Below are positions 1 through 10,816 of a DNA stretch of 64,000 nt, piece by piece. Below the pieces are notes generated by a model. It was not told the origin of the DNA. It saw only the letters and a program-made list of their open reading frames with translations, and searched no databases. The position numbers were made by a program, and so were the translations under genes. How positions within the stretch are numbered: position 1 is the first letter of the stretch; every line of letters starts with the position of its first letter. Origin of the DNA: Gemmatimonadota bacterium (GTDB taxonomy: Bacteria; Latescibacterota; UBA2968; UBA8231); the NCBI GenBank assembly GCA_038128265.1, contig JAYPJE010000003.1, positions 32,001 to 96,000 of the forward strand, in the 5' to 3' direction.

Positions 1-858
1 TTCGCAGTAGCGACCAATCCCTTCGACTATTTCGGCGCCGGCATTTGGGTTAACAAAGTTCGTCGTACCTACCTGCACGGCAGACGCGCCGGCGATCAGA
101 AACTCGACCGCGTCGAGCGCCGAGCGTATACCGCCCAATCCGATCACGGGAATACCCACGGCCTGACTCACTTTCCACACCATAGCTAGGGCAACCGGCT
201 TGATCGCCGGCCCCGATAGACCACCGGTTATATTGCCGAGCAGCGGCCGCCGACGGCGCACGTCGATGGCCATACCAACCAGCGTATTAATCAGTGATAT
301 GGCATCGGCACCGGCTCCCTCAACGGCTCGAGCGATCTCTGCTATATCCGTCACGTTGGGCGACAGTTTGGCTATGACAGGCTGGTTGGCCACGCGGCGC
401 ACAGCGCCAATCACATCGGCCGCTGCACCCACATTGCTGGCAAAACTTTCGCCGCCGGCGCGCACGTTTGGACAGGATATATTGACCTCGAGCGCGGCAA
501 TGCCCTGCAGGTCGCGCAGACGCGCGGCCATATCGGCAAACTCCTCAACGGAATGCCCGGCTATATTGACGATGACCTGCGTATCCAAGGTCTGCAAAAA
601 GGGCCACTTGTCGGCGATAAAATCGTCCAAACCGGGGTTCTGTAGACCAATTGAATTGAGCATGCCAGCGGGCGTTTCCACAATGCGCTGCGGACGGTTG
701 CCAGCGCGCGGCTTCGGGGTAATCGTCTTGGTCACGATTCCACCCAGCTGACCCAGATCCGTTAAAGACTGCAGTTCACTGCCATAGTTGCACGTGCCGG
801 ATGCAAGCAACACCGGGTTGCGCAGGGCGATACCGGCCAATTCGATTGACAGATCCAC
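1..858 (-). CDS. pyrD: Dihydroorotate dehydrogenase family 1B catalytic subunit (3' end runs off the window)
   Basis: Not in the ORF track. My translation from GTG at 858 gives MDLSIELAGIALRNPVLLASGTCNYG, with later GMLNSIGLQNPG and NISCPNV motifs. It lies 2 nt downstream of pyrK. Confidence 0.93.
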   Translation of the reverse strand, partial: MDLSIELAGIALRNPVLLASGTCNYGSELQSLTDLGQLGGIVTKTITPKPRAGNRPQRIVETPAGMLNSIGLQNPGLDDFIADKWPFLQTLDTQVIVNIAGHSVEEFADMAARLRDLQGIAALEVNISCPNVRAGGESFASNVGAAADVIGAVRRVANQPVIAKLSPNVTDIAEIARAVEGAGADAISLINTLVGMAIDVRRRRPLLGNITGGLSGPAIKPVALAMVWKVSQAVGIPVIGLGGIRSALDAVEFLIAGASAVQVGTTNFVNPNAGAEIVEGIGRYCE

Positions 859-860
859 GA

Positions 861-1658
861 CTAGTGCTCCCAGCAAATTTCGCGCGCGTCAAAAACGGGC
901 CCGTCGACGCAGATTCGCTTGTAGTCGGCATAGGCATTGTCCGCATCGGCGTTTTCCACGCGCACTACGCAGCCAACGCAGATGCCAATACCGCAGGCCA
1001 TGTATTCTTCGAGTGAGACCTGACACGGGATATCGCGCTCTACACATGCCCGCGCAACGGCCTCTATCATCGCATGTGGTCCGCACGTGTAGACCACGCA
1101 CGGCCCCGCCGCCAATTCGCGCTCCAGCAGCTCCGTCACCAGACCGTGATGCCCTAAGCTACCATCGTCGGTTGAGCGATCTAAGCGCGTAGCCGCTCCC
1201 TGAAAAAAGCTATCGGCCAAATGGTGAGCCGCCGAGCGGGCCCCAACGAGCGAGACGACTTCGGCGCCTTTCTTGACCAACTCACTGCCCAGAAAGATCA
1301 TGGGCGGCACGCCAATGCCACCGCCAACCAATACGCTGCGCACCTCCCGGTCAGCCTGCACAAAAGCCTTGCCGAGCGGTCCTAAACAGCGCAGCTGCTC
1401 GCCCACTCTACACCGGCTCAATTCGTCGCTCTTGGGCCCCATATTCTGGTATAGCACATCGATGCAGTTGATCTGCTTATGGACGGCGCACACGCTGAGC
1501 GGCATGCGTAGAAACGGCATGCCGCCCGCGTTGACCTCCACGTTGACAAACTGTCCCGGCTGCGCATAGGCGGCGATATGCGGCGCCTCCAGACGGGCCA
1601 GAAAAAAATCCTCTGCCACCTCGTCGTTGGTTAGCACTTCGACTCTTTCGTCTATCAC
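861..1658 (-). CDS. pyrK: Dihydroorotate dehydrogenase electron transfer subunit (FAD, 2Fe-2S)
   Basis: PGQFV, GGGIGVPP, TDDGS, CGPHAM and EEYMACGIGICVGC...ICVDGPVF motifs; adjacent to pyrD. Confidence 0.95.
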   Translation of the reverse strand: MIDERVEVLTNDEVAEDFFLARLEAPHIAAYAQPGQFVNVEVNAGGMPFLRMPLSVCAVHKQINCIDVLYQNMGPKSDELSRCRVGEQLRCLGPLGKAFVQADREVRSVLVGGGIGVPPMIFLGSELVKKGAEVVSLVGARSAAHHLADSFFQGAATRLDRSTDDGSLGHHGLVTELLERELAAGPCVVYTCGPHAMIEAVARACVERDIPCQVSLEEYMACGIGICVGCVVRVENADADNAYADYKRICVDGPVFDAREICWEH

Positions 1659-4486
1659 GAGCCCTCGTCTATGGTCGTCGGCGTAGCCACCGCCGTTGTA
1701 TCAGGAGCCAATTGGCCCGAAAAAAACGGAATAGTCAGTTCGATCCACACCTTGATCTCGTTGCCATCGGTGCGCAGAGCGGGGTAAAACTCGTACTCGT
1801 AGGCGGCATTTATCGCCGCTTGGGCAAAGGGCTCGTCACCGCGAAACACCTCGACGCTCTGGGCGCGCCCCGCTTTGTCGACCAATACATCGAGCAGCAC
1901 CTCGAGCGAATCGACGGCCATGCCAGCGGGAACATTGGGCCGCACAACGCTGCGCACCAGGGGCCAGTCGCTCAGCGCAATATCCTGCGTGCCCAGACTC
2001 AGGTCGACTTCGGGCGGAACGATGGCCAATTCCACTAGCTGATCAATATCGAGTGCCTCGCCCTCTACGATGGCCGGATATTGCTCGCGCGCATAGCGGA
2101 TCTGCGGGTTCGAGGCATCGCGCCGGAGCAGCTGCTGTAAGTACGAATTGGCCGAGTCCTCTTCGGCTTCGGATATATGTATGGCGAATAGCCGGTAGTG
2201 CGCCTGCAGATTATTCGGATCAAAGCTCAGCGTCTGACGATAGAGCTCTGTTGCCTCGGAGAAAAACCCCTCTTCCCACGATAGGTTGGCCAGCAGGTTG
2301 AGCGCGCGCGGATTGCGCAACTGCTCTTCCAAACTGCGCTCGTAGTAGCTGCGCGCCGAACTCTTGTCCCCGCGCCGATCGGCTCGCAGCGCAAAACCCA
2401 TGTACTTGCGCGAGAGCGATGCGGAGTCGAGCGTGTCCGGTTCCAATGCCAACAGAGCCATTTCCTCACCCGGCTTTAGCACCCCTCCCACGGCCTTTAG
2501 GCTGCGCTCTAACTTGGCGACGGAACCATCGGTGCGCGCCTCGCGTCGCAGCAGCGCAATCTCACCGTAGCGCGTTTCCGCAAACTCTTCTTCTAGACGT
2601 CGGTAGCGCTGGTCCACTTGGAGCGTATCGCCGCGCACATCTTCGTAGGCCACAGCGCTCAGGTAAAGGGCCTTGGCGCCAATGGGCGAGCCGGCATAGC
2701 GCGCCGCCAAGCTATCGAGCAGCGGCACGTAATCCTCCAGCGCATTGGGATCGGCCATGCGCAGCGCTTCAATCTGGGCAAACTCCGCCGCGGCGCGTTC
2801 GGCATCGGTCGTCAGCAACGCGCGCCCCAGCAGCGCGCGCGCTTCGTTGGCATGAGCCGAGTTGGAAAAGTCGCGCACGAGTTGGTCTAAATAAGGCCTT
2901 GCCCCCTCCTCATCGCGGCGCATCTCCCGGTGGATCCAGGCCATGCTATAAATGGCGCGCGGCAGCTGCTCCGAGTTGGGGAAACGGCGGATAATTTCCT
3001 TGTAGTAAGCAATGGAAGAATCGGCCTGTCCAACGAGGTCGCGATACACTTCGGCGATCGTGAATAGGTTGTCGAGAACTTCCAGGCTGTGCGAGACAAC
3101 AAATTCGTCGCTCGCAAAACGCGCATCGCGTTCGCCGCCTTCACCGGCCGCTTCACCTTCTGCGGCCCCTCCCTCGTCGTCCTCGACAACTCCGATGGCT
3201 ACATCGACTCGATCGCCGCCTTCCTCATCTTCGCTCTTCTCACTTTCTTCCTCTACTCCTTCGCGCGCTCCCCCTTCGTCTTCTTCGCGCTTGGGAGGCT
3301 GCCATCCCTCTACCAGTAAAACCGGCCCGGCAATAGCCCCTAGCGAGTCGGCAGCCAGCGAATCGGCGCGATGCACGCTGCCCTGCAAACTTTCCAAACG
3401 CGCGAGATGGCCCAGCATGACTTGAGCGAGGCGCGCCCCCTGCGAACCGGCCTTCTCTATATTGGTCTCTTCAAAATATTCGCGGGCAAGTTGGGTATCC
3501 CCTCGCTCTTGCAGGTAGAGCAATCCCGTTCGATAGAGCGCCATAGCCGAGGCCGGACTCTGGGGAAAATCGTCGCGCACCTTCTCGTATTGGGCAAGGG
3601 CGCGCTCCTGATCGCGACGCACCTGGTAGTGCTGGCCAATCAGCAGGCGCGTGCGCCCTTCATAGGCGCGAAAATCCCCGTCCTTCAGCAGCGAATCATA
3701 GGCATCCAAAGACCCTTCTACATCACCCACTATGGACAGCGCCCGCCCGATATTGAGGCGAGCGCGATATTCCTGGTCGCGATCCGGATCGGCTCTGAGC
3801 ACGTCGAAGAATGTGTCGACAGCCTCTTCGTAGCGCGTCGAGTCTTCCAGTGCCAGCAGGGACGAACCCAGCCGCAGCAACAGTGCGGCGCGAATGGACG
3901 CATCGGGGAACGCGTCGAGCGCTGAGCGGTACTCCTGCGCTGCGGCGACATAGTCCTCATTCGCATAGGCCATTTCACCTAAGCGCCATCCCGCCTGCGC
4001 CGCCGTCTCTTCTTCGGCCTCTTCTACTAACGCCCTATAGAGCTGCTGCGCCTCGCTGTCGATCCGCTGTTTTTCCATACACAGAGCGCGCCAGTAGCGC
4101 GCCCTGTTGAAATACTCGCTGTCGGGAAAGTTGGTCTCTAGGTCTCGGAAGGCCTGAATCGCACGCAGGTACTCGGAGCGCCAGTAGAACGAACGCCCCA
4201 AGAGAAACATCGCATCGTCGACCAGTTCACTCTCTTTATAGCGCTCTAAAACGCGCGACGCTTTGCGCGCCGCCTGATCGTAAAGCTGGTCGGCATTCTG
4301 CGGGCGCGGCACCTGGTAGTCTTCGGTAGCCCCCTCTTCCAATTCCCAACTAGCGTGCTGTTCCTCGTGTTTCTGGCGCGCCTTTTCTGCCTGGCGATAG
4401 TATTTCTGGGCGTTGTAAAACGTATTGAAGTAGACGCAGCCCGAGGCACCAAAAAACACCAGTGCTATGAGGACATACAGGCGCAT
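1655..4486 (-). CDS. Large TPR-repeat lipoprotein with C-terminal TonB-C-like domain
   Basis: Start trimmed to ATG 4486. Signal peptide with lipobox ASGC, then YFNTFYNA; many TPR-like repeats (DDAMFLLGRSFY, FPxSxxA); acidic insert; TonB-C-like tail (VLVDKAGRAQSVEV...AAINAAYEYEFYPA...VWIELTIPF). Confidence 0.75.
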   Translation of the reverse strand: MRLYVLIALVFFGASGCVYFNTFYNAQKYYRQAEKARQKHEEQHASWELEEGATEDYQVPRPQNADQLYDQAARKASRVLERYKESELVDDAMFLLGRSFYWRSEYLRAIQAFRDLETNFPDSEYFNRARYWRALCMEKQRIDSEAQQLYRALVEEAEEETAAQAGWRLGEMAYANEDYVAAAQEYRSALDAFPDASIRAALLLRLGSSLLALEDSTRYEEAVDTFFDVLRADPDRDQEYRARLNIGRALSIVGDVEGSLDAYDSLLKDGDFRAYEGRTRLLIGQHYQVRRDQERALAQYEKVRDDFPQSPASAMALYRTGLLYLQERGDTQLAREYFEETNIEKAGSQGARLAQVMLGHLARLESLQGSVHRADSLAADSLGAIAGPVLLVEGWQPPKREEDEGGAREGVEEESEKSEDEEGGDRVDVAIGVVEDDEGGAAEGEAAGEGGERDARFASDEFVVSHSLEVLDNLFTIAEVYRDLVGQADSSIAYYKEIIRRFPNSEQLPRAIYSMAWIHREMRRDEEGARPYLDQLVRDFSNSAHANEARALLGRALLTTDAERAAAEFAQIEALRMADPNALEDYVPLLDSLAARYAGSPIGAKALYLSAVAYEDVRGDTLQVDQRYRRLEEEFAETRYGEIALLRREARTDGSVAKLERSLKAVGGVLKPGEEMALLALEPDTLDSASLSRKYMGFALRADRRGDKSSARSYYERSLEEQLRNPRALNLLANLSWEEGFFSEATELYRQTLSFDPNNLQAHYRLFAIHISEAEEDSANSYLQQLLRRDASNPQIRYAREQYPAIVEGEALDIDQLVELAIVPPEVDLSLGTQDIALSDWPLVRSVVRPNVPAGMAVDSLEVLLDVLVDKAGRAQSVEVFRGDEPFAQAAINAAYEYEFYPALRTDGNEIKVWIELTIPFFSGQLAPDTTAVATPTTIDEGS

Positions 4487-4491
4487 GCAGC

Positions 4492-7400
4492 TCACGAAGT
4501 AGCGTGGTAGTCTTGCAGGGCACACACGTCGAGGCCCGTGCGCAGCAGGGCGGCAATGCCTTCCGCTGCGGCGCGCGCACCGGCCAGCGTCGTCGTGTAG
4601 GGCACGTTGTTCATAACGGCCGCACGGCGCACGACAAAGTCGTCGTACTGAGACGGTTCGTCGAGCGGCGTGTTGATAACCAGCGCGATATCGCGATTGC
4701 GAATGGCATCCTCGATATGCGGTCGCCCTTCGTGCACTTTGCGGATCACCCCGGCCTCAACCTCGTTGGCAACCAGGTAGTCGCGCGTACCCTGCGTAGC
4801 AATTATGGTGAATCCGGCCTCTAATAGGCGCTTGGCCACGGGCACAATGGCCGGCTTATCGCGATCAGCTACGCTGATAAATACGCGTCCCTGCGCTGGC
4901 AGAACGGTATTAGCTCCCATTTGCGCTTTGAGAAAGGCCGTGCCAAAATCGCGACCGACTCCCATGACTTCTCCGGTCGATTTCATCTCCGGTCCCAGCA
5001 CGCTGTCAGCGCCGGGAAACTTGATAAAGGGCAGCACAGCCTCTTTAACGGAAATGTGCTCGGGAACGATTTCCTCGCGAACCCCCTGTGCCTCCAGACT
5101 GGTGCCAACCATTGCACGCGCGGCGATCTTGGCCAGCGGCCGCCCTATCGCCTTGCTGACAAAGGGCACCGTTCGCGAGGCGCGCGGATTGACTTCCAGC
5201 ACGTAGACTTCCCCCTCGTGAATGGCATACTGCACGTTCATGAGTCCGATGACGTTGAGCGCCTTGGCCAAGGCATGGGTATAATCGCGCAGACGCTGTA
5301 AATTTTCTGGCGTGATGCTGTAGGGAGGCAGCGCACAGGCACTGTCGCCGGAGTGCACGCCGGCGTGCTCGATATGCTGCATAATGCCGCCAATAACGAC
5401 GTCTTTCCCATCGGCCACGGCATCGACGTCAAACTCTTCGGCTCCCTCTAAGTAGCGATCGATAAGCACCGGACGCTCGGGCGATACGTCAATGGCCTCG
5501 CGCATATAGTTTTCGAGGCTGGCCGCATCGTAGACGATAACCATGGCGCGTCCACCCAGCACGTACGAGGGGCGCACCAGAACCGGATAGCCGATGCGCT
5601 CGGCCACTCCACGCGCCTCGACAAAGCTGCTAGCCATGCCGTTTTCCGGCTGTCGAATGTCGAGTTCCCTGAGCAGGTTGCCAAAGCGCTCGCGGTCCTC
5701 TGCCAGGTCGATGCTGGCCGGCGTCGTGCCGATGATCGGCACGCCTTCGCGCTCCAGTTCGGCCGCCAAGTTGAGCGGCGTTTGTCCGCCGAACTGCACG
5801 ATCACCCCATCGGGCTGTTCGCGACGCACTATATGCAACACGTCTTCGACCGTGAGCGGCTCAAAATAGAGCTTGTTGGCCGTGTCGTAATCGGTGCTCA
5901 CCGTTTCGGGGTTGCTGTTGACCATGATCGTCTCGTAGCCGTCTTCGCGCAGGGCAAAGCAGGCGTGCACGCAGCAGTAGTCGAATTCGATTCCCTGCCC
6001 TATGCGATTCGGCCCGCCGCCCAGGATCATGATCTTCTTTTTGTCGGAGCGCTCCGCCTCGTCTTCGCGGTCGTAAGCCGAGTAGTGGTAGGGCGTATGC
6101 GCGGCGAATTCGGCAGCACACGTGTCCACTGTCTTGTAGACGGGGAATAGGCCTAGCGCGCGGCGGCGGTCGCGCACATCGGCTTCGCTCAATCCGCTCA
6201 CGTGTGCCAACTGGCGATCGCTGTAGCCCCATTCCTTGGCCCGGCGCAGCAGCGCAGCGTCTTCGAAACTGCCGGCGGCGCGCATCTCGGCTTCGCACTC
6301 GATCAGCTGCAGCAGATGATCCAAAAACCAGGGATCGATCCCCGTGAGCTTGTGCACCTGTTCAAGCGAGTAGCCCTTCTCAAAAGCGAGCTTCAAGTAG
6401 AAGATGCGCTGTGAGTTGGGCACGAGTAGCTTTTCACGCAGTTCCTTATCGCTAACCTTTTCGCTGGAAAAATCTTTGCCGTCAGCTCCCCAACCAGCGC
6501 GCCCCACTTCGAGGGAGCGCAGTCCTTTTTGCAGGGACTCTTTAAAAGTGCGACCGATGGACATCGTCTCGCCGACGGAGCGCATCTGCGTGTCGAGTTG
6601 ATCGGGCGTGCTGGGAAATTTTTCAAAGGTGAAGCGCGGGATTTTCGTAACCACGTAGTCGATTGTCGGCTCGAACGACGCCGGCGTTTCGCGCGTGATG
6701 TCGTTGGGAATCTCGTCGAGGCTGTAGCCAACGGCTAGCTTCGCCGCAATTTTCGCGATGGGAAAACCCGTGGCCTTCGAGGCCAGAGCGGACGAGCGCG
6801 AGACGCGCGGGTTCATCTCGATAACGGTCATGCGCCCGTCGGCGGGGTTGACGGCAAATTGAATATTTGAACCGCCGGTGTCCACGCCGATCTCGCGAAT
6901 AACGCGGATCGCCGCATCGCGCATGATTTGGTACTCCTTGTCGGAGAGCGTTTGCGCAGGCGCCACCGTCAAGCTGTCGCCCGTATGAACGCCCATCGGA
7001 TCAAAGTTCTCGATAGAGCAGATAATGACGACGTTGTCGGCGTGATCGCGCATGACCTCGAGCTCATACTCTTTCCAACCGAGCACCGATTCCTCAATCA
7101 ACACTTCATCAATCGGACTCAGGTCGAGTCCATGTGCGACAATCCGCTCAAACTCCTCCGCATTGTAGGCGATGCCTCCACCGCTCCCACCCATGGTAAA
7201 CGACGGCCGTATAATGGTCGGGTAGCCCAGCTCCTCCTGATGGCGAAGCCCTTCCTCCAGCGAATGGATAAAAAACCCGCGCGGCATATCGAGACCGGCG
7301 CGATCCATCGCAGCCTTGAACAGTTCGCGATCTTCCGCCGTCTTTATCGCATCCAGTTTAGCACCGATCAATTCGACGCCATACTTGTCGAGCGCACCGC

Positions 7401-7713
7401 TCTCGGCGAGAGCCACGGCGGTATTGAGCGCCGTTTGGCCACCCAGCGTGGGCAAGAGCGCCTGCGGGCGCTCGGCGGCAATAATCTTGGTGCAAATTTC
7501 TGGCGTTATGGGCTCTATGTACGTGCGATCTGCCATTTCGGGATCGGTCATAATCGTCGCTGGATTGCTGTTCACCAGCACGATCTCGTATCCTTCTTCG
7601 CGCAGGGCCTTACAGGCCTGCGTTCCCGAGTAGTCGAATTCGCAGGCCTGCCCTATGACTATGGGACCAGACCCGATCAACATGATTTTCTTTATGTCTG
7701 TGCGCTTGGGCAT
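4492..7713 (-). CDS. carB: Carbamoyl-phosphate synthase large subunit
   Basis: Start trimmed to [30 protein letters not shown]; two ATP-grasp halves and an MGS-like tail. Confidence 0.99.
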   Translation of the reverse strand: MPKRTDIKKIMLIGSGPIVIGQACEFDYSGTQACKALREEGYEIVLVNSNPATIMTDPEMADRTYIEPITPEICTKIIAAERPQALLPTLGGQTALNTAVALAESGALDKYGVELIGAKLDAIKTAEDRELFKAAMDRAGLDMPRGFFIHSLEEGLRHQEELGYPTIIRPSFTMGGSGGGIAYNAEEFERIVAHGLDLSPIDEVLIEESVLGWKEYELEVMRDHADNVVIICSIENFDPMGVHTGDSLTVAPAQTLSDKEYQIMRDAAIRVIREIGVDTGGSNIQFAVNPADGRMTVIEMNPRVSRSSALASKATGFPIAKIAAKLAVGYSLDEIPNDITRETPASFEPTIDYVVTKIPRFTFEKFPSTPDQLDTQMRSVGETMSIGRTFKESLQKGLRSLEVGRAGWGADGKDFSSEKVSDKELREKLLVPNSQRIFYLKLAFEKGYSLEQVHKLTGIDPWFLDHLLQLIECEAEMRAAGSFEDAALLRRAKEWGYSDRQLAHVSGLSEADVRDRRRALGLFPVYKTVDTCAAEFAAHTPYHYSAYDREDEAERSDKKKIMILGGGPNRIGQGIEFDYCCVHACFALREDGYETIMVNSNPETVSTDYDTANKLYFEPLTVEDVLHIVRREQPDGVIVQFGGQTPLNLAAELEREGVPIIGTTPASIDLAEDRERFGNLLRELDIRQPENGMASSFVEARGVAERIGYPVLVRPSYVLGGRAMVIVYDAASLENYMREAIDVSPERPVLIDRYLEGAEEFDVDAVADGKDVVIGGIMQHIEHAGVHSGDSACALPPYSITPENLQRLRDYTHALAKALNVIGLMNVQYAIHEGEVYVLEVNPRASRTVPFVSKAIGRPLAKIAARAMVGTSLEAQGVREEIVPEHISVKEAVLPFIKFPGADSVLGPEMKSTGEVMGVGRDFGTAFLKAQMGANTVLPAQGRVFISVADRDKPAIVPVAKRLLEAGFTIIATQGTRDYLVANEVEAGVIRKVHEGRPHIEDAIRNRDIALVINTPLDEPSQYDDFVVRRAAVMNNVPYTTTLAGARAAAEGIAALLRTGLDVCALQDYHATS

Positions 7714-7750
7714 GCCAATATCGTTTTCGCTAAGCGGTTGAGAGCACATA

Positions 7751-7788
7751 CAAAAACAGAGATGCGCCGGAGCACATCTCTGTTTTTG
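7751..7788 (-). terminator. Intrinsic terminator-like hairpin 37 nt upstream of carB
   Basis: Perfect 14-bp inverted repeat CAAAAACAGAGATG / CATCTCTGTTTTTG. On the minus strand it extends by a G-U pair and two GC pairs to a UCCG loop and ends in a U5 run. Confidence 0.7.
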
Positions 7789-7851
7789 CGGAACTCCGAA
7801 TTATAGAGGGAAGACGATGATGCGAATAAATCTGTGCACCCCATCTTGCCA

Positions 7852-8373
7852 TTAGGGACTTTGGATAATCCCTAGATAAATGAGCAATACAATGAGACCG
7901 ACCGTCGTCGCATAACCCAACTTTAGGACGAGCAGGCGATACTGCTCCCAGTCGCGCTTTTTCCGGATGCGCAACTTGGGCTCTTCCCCGATCTCACCTT
8001 GAAAGCGCTGCTCGTCAATAAGCCGCACCAAATTGGGGTCGTAATCGGCGATGGCCTTGAGAATGAGGCGCTTGCGGCGCGCAACCTTCTCGGCGAACGC
8101 TTCGCGTGCCACTTCGCCGCCGCCACCCGCGCTGACCGTCCCTACTTCGTTTTGACCTTCGCCGGCGTGATCGGCTATGAGAATACAGGTCTTTTCCTTG
8201 GCCAATTCCTCGGTCAGCCCGCTGATCGCCTCACGGTCTCTGACGTTGGCTTGCAAAACGGCGAAGCACGTATCGATAAAACGCTTGAAGTCGCGGCGGA
8301 TTTCCTCTTCAGAGAGTCCTAGCAGGTAGGACTCTTCGATGGCTTCCTCAATGGCTTCTTTTACGCTGGACAT
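7852..8373 (-). CDS. Hypothetical protein with C-terminal transmembrane anchor
   Basis: Charged helical ORF ending in LGYATTVGLIVLLIYLGII. Start uncertain (8373, 8400 or 8409). Confidence 0.65.
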   Translation of the reverse strand: MSSVKEAIEEAIEESYLLGLSEEEIRRDFKRFIDTCFAVLQANVRDREAISGLTEELAKEKTCILIADHAGEGQNEVGTVSAGGGGEVAREAFAEKVARRKRLILKAIADYDPNLVRLIDEQRFQGEIGEEPKLRIRKKRDWEQYRLLVLKLGYATTVGLIVLLIYLGIIQSP

Positions 8374-8499
8374 AGTGCACACTCTGCTATCTATAGTCAT
8401 AACGAACAAAGACTTAGGACATGAAAAACCAACATCAGCCGGCCCGCAAACCCTCCTCGTCTATGATCCCTCATAGGGTACTGCATCGGCCAGTGCATG

Positions 8500-10083
8500 T
8501 CAAGTATAACCGGACCGATTCGAGGCCATTTCCACCAGCGCGTTCGGCACCTGCGCGGCGATATCTCCGGCCAGCATACTCCACTCTCCAAGGTCGTCGC
8601 GTGCCCGATCTCCTGCGGCGCCGTGCACATACACAGCAAGGCAGGCCGCATCGCGCGCCGACATCCCCTGGGCCCAGAAACCGGCCACCAGCCCCGTTAG
8701 TACATCGCCCGCACCCGCAGTGGCCATGCCCGCATTGCCCGTGGGATTGACGAGCACCTGACCATCGGGTAGAGCGATTAGCGAGGGGGCTCCTTTCAAT
8801 ACCAATATTACACGGTGCTCTTGCGCAAAAACCCGGCTCACGCCGATCGGATCGGCGCGAATCGCGTCGCGATGCATACCGGTCAGGCGTGCAAACTCGC
8901 CGATATGCGGCGTCAAAATCGCCTCGCCAGACCGCGCCCGCAGCACGTCTGTGCAGCCGACCAGCGCGTTGATTCCATCCGCATCCAGGACCAGCGGCAG
9001 CCGGCAGCGCCCGACGATGCGGCGCACCAACTCAGCCGTCTGTCCGTGTGCCCCTAAACCGGGTCCCAGGGCCAACACGTCGGCGCGGCTGTATAGTGTC
9101 TCGATCTCACCGAAAGCGCGCAGTGCCAAACAGCGCTGGCGACGCACTTCGGGTAAGGGCCGCGTCATAACCTCGGTTAACTTGACCTCTAGCACGTCGT
9201 TGAGACTGGCGGGAATGCCCAAACTCACGCGCCCGGACCCAGCGCGCAGCGCCGCTTCGGCCGTCAGCGCCGCTGCCCCCGTCATGCCCACAGAACCGGC
9301 GACGACCGCTACGCTCCCGCAGCTTCCCTTGTGCGCATCGCCCGAGCGCCGAGGCAGCACGGAGCGCAGCGCGTCGGCATCCAGCAAATGGGCAACAGGG
9401 GATACGGCCTGCACGGCGCGTTCGGCAAAGCCGATATCTGCCAGGTGAAGCACGCCGCAGCGGGCGCGCCCTGGATAGAACAGCTGACCCACCTTGGGCA
9501 GGCCAAATGTCACCGTCAATACGGCCTGCACACAGCTTCCCGGCGTCGCTCCGGCGTCGGCGTCAACGCCCGACGGCATATCGACGGCCACGACGGGACG
9601 CCCCGATGCGTTTAGTGCCTCAATGGCCCGCGCAATCTCCCCCCGCGGGGCCGAGCGCAAACCAATCCCCAACAATGCGTCAACGGCCACGTCACACTCA
9701 GCCAGCGCCGCGCCCAATGCCGCCCCTTCGCCGTTTAATACTTCGACCGCTACCCCCGCGTCCTCCAAGCGGCGCATATGCTCGGCAGCATCGCCACGCA
9801 CCGCGTCCCTATCCGCACATAAGAACGCGCGGACGTGCGCCCCGCCGTCGTGCAAGAGGCGCCCCACGACAAAGCCATCTCCACCGTTATTGCCCTTGCC
9901 ACAGGCGACAACCGCGCTTAGCCCAACCACGCCGTCCCAGCGCGCGGAAATCGCCTCGACCACCGCGCGGCCAGCCCGCTCCATCAATTCGCTGCCGGGC
10001 ACGCCGCATTCGTCAATCGTCATGCGATCTACCGCATACATCTGCTGGCTGTTAACGAGTTGAGTCCGTTGCACTGCGGTCAC
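8500..10083 (-). CDS. nnr: Bifunctional NAD(P)HX epimerase/dehydratase (YjeF family)
   Basis: LMERAG, CGKGNNGGDG, DALLGIG, HKGSCG, LDADG, LTPHIGEF and GMATAGAGDVLTG motifs. Start trimmed to GTG 10083. Confidence 0.95.
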   Translation of the reverse strand: MTAVQRTQLVNSQQMYAVDRMTIDECGVPGSELMERAGRAVVEAISARWDGVVGLSAVVACGKGNNGGDGFVVGRLLHDGGAHVRAFLCADRDAVRGDAAEHMRRLEDAGVAVEVLNGEGAALGAALAECDVAVDALLGIGLRSAPRGEIARAIEALNASGRPVVAVDMPSGVDADAGATPGSCVQAVLTVTFGLPKVGQLFYPGRARCGVLHLADIGFAERAVQAVSPVAHLLDADALRSVLPRRSGDAHKGSCGSVAVVAGSVGMTGAAALTAEAALRAGSGRVSLGIPASLNDVLEVKLTEVMTRPLPEVRRQRCLALRAFGEIETLYSRADVLALGPGLGAHGQTAELVRRIVGRCRLPLVLDADGINALVGCTDVLRARSGEAILTPHIGEFARLTGMHRDAIRADPIGVSRVFAQEHRVILVLKGAPSLIALPDGQVLVNPTGNAGMATAGAGDVLTGLVAGFWAQGMSARDAACLAVYVHGAAGDRARDDLGEWSMLAGDIAAQVPNALVEMASNRSGYT

Positions 10084-10084
10084 C

Positions 10085-10816
10085 CTAGCTTTCCCAGGGA
10101 CGGAGTATTTCGCGCAGCGAACGCGGGGCCTCCTCGTCCCATTCTTCACCCGTATAGCGCATCAGCACACCGCGCATATAGAGGCTCATCCACAGCGACC
10201 AGGCAGTAAAGACGCCGCAGAACATACCCACGCCGCTGAATGCACCCACGACCAGAAAGACACCGAATACTGCGCATTGGAATAGCGAACCTCCAGCATG
10301 AGCCACGGCGAGCAATGCGCTCTTGCGCAGCGTCTCCCCCATGCCCGTATCCTGCGTGACGAGCAGCGGCAGTATATAGAGCGCTACGGCCGTCAACCCG
10401 AGGAGTAACCACGCCATCAGCGCGCCCAAAAAAAGACCCCACCAGCCGGCAAAATCGCTGTAGAACGCGGCATTCAGCACCAGCGTAGCGCTGATGGCCA
10501 GCAGCGCCAACTGCAGCAACTGAGCGCGCAGATAGAACCCCTTTAGCGATCGCAGCGCATCCCCCAACCCGACTTCTTGTCGACGCACCCAAGCCGCACA
10601 AACCCAATATGCCAGCGTCGATGGGGGCGAAAAGAAGGCGACCACGACAGCGAGCACGCCGCCGCCAACGGCCCCCCAAGGCCCCAGGGCAAACCCGGTC
10701 TTGGCAATGGCGTAGGCGCATGCCAGATAGGGCAGATTCAACACGCTCCACAGCACATTGTATAGCACCACGCCGCCCAAATGGTCGTAGCACATCCACC
10801 CGTAGCGCTTGAGCAT
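10085..10816 (-). CDS. Integral membrane protein (DUF624/YesL-like)
   Basis: About 5-6 hydrophobic segments; translationally coupled to its neighbours. Family assignment tentative. Confidence 0.6.
   Translation of the reverse strand: MLKRYGWMCYDHLGGVVLYNVLWSVLNLPYLACAYAIAKTGFALGPWGAVGGGVLAVVVAFFSPPSTLAYWVCAAWVRRQEVGLGDALRSLKGFYLRAQLLQLALLAISATLVLNAAFYSDFAGWWGLFLGALMAWLLLGLTAVALYILPLLVTQDTGMGETLRKSALLAVAHAGGSLFQCAVFGVFLVVGAFSGVGMFCGVFTAWSLWMSLYMRGVLMRYTGEEWDEEAPRSLREILRPWES

Noticed and set aside
200..751. 183-aa plus-strand ORF and many similar overlapping ORFs across the track
   Set aside because: Antisense or off-frame shadows of clear genes (here pyrD), as expected in high-GC DNA.
3100..3300. 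Purine/pyrimidine-biased repeat-like tract
   Set aside because: It encodes the Glu/Gly-rich linker of the TPR protein; it is not a DNA repeat array.
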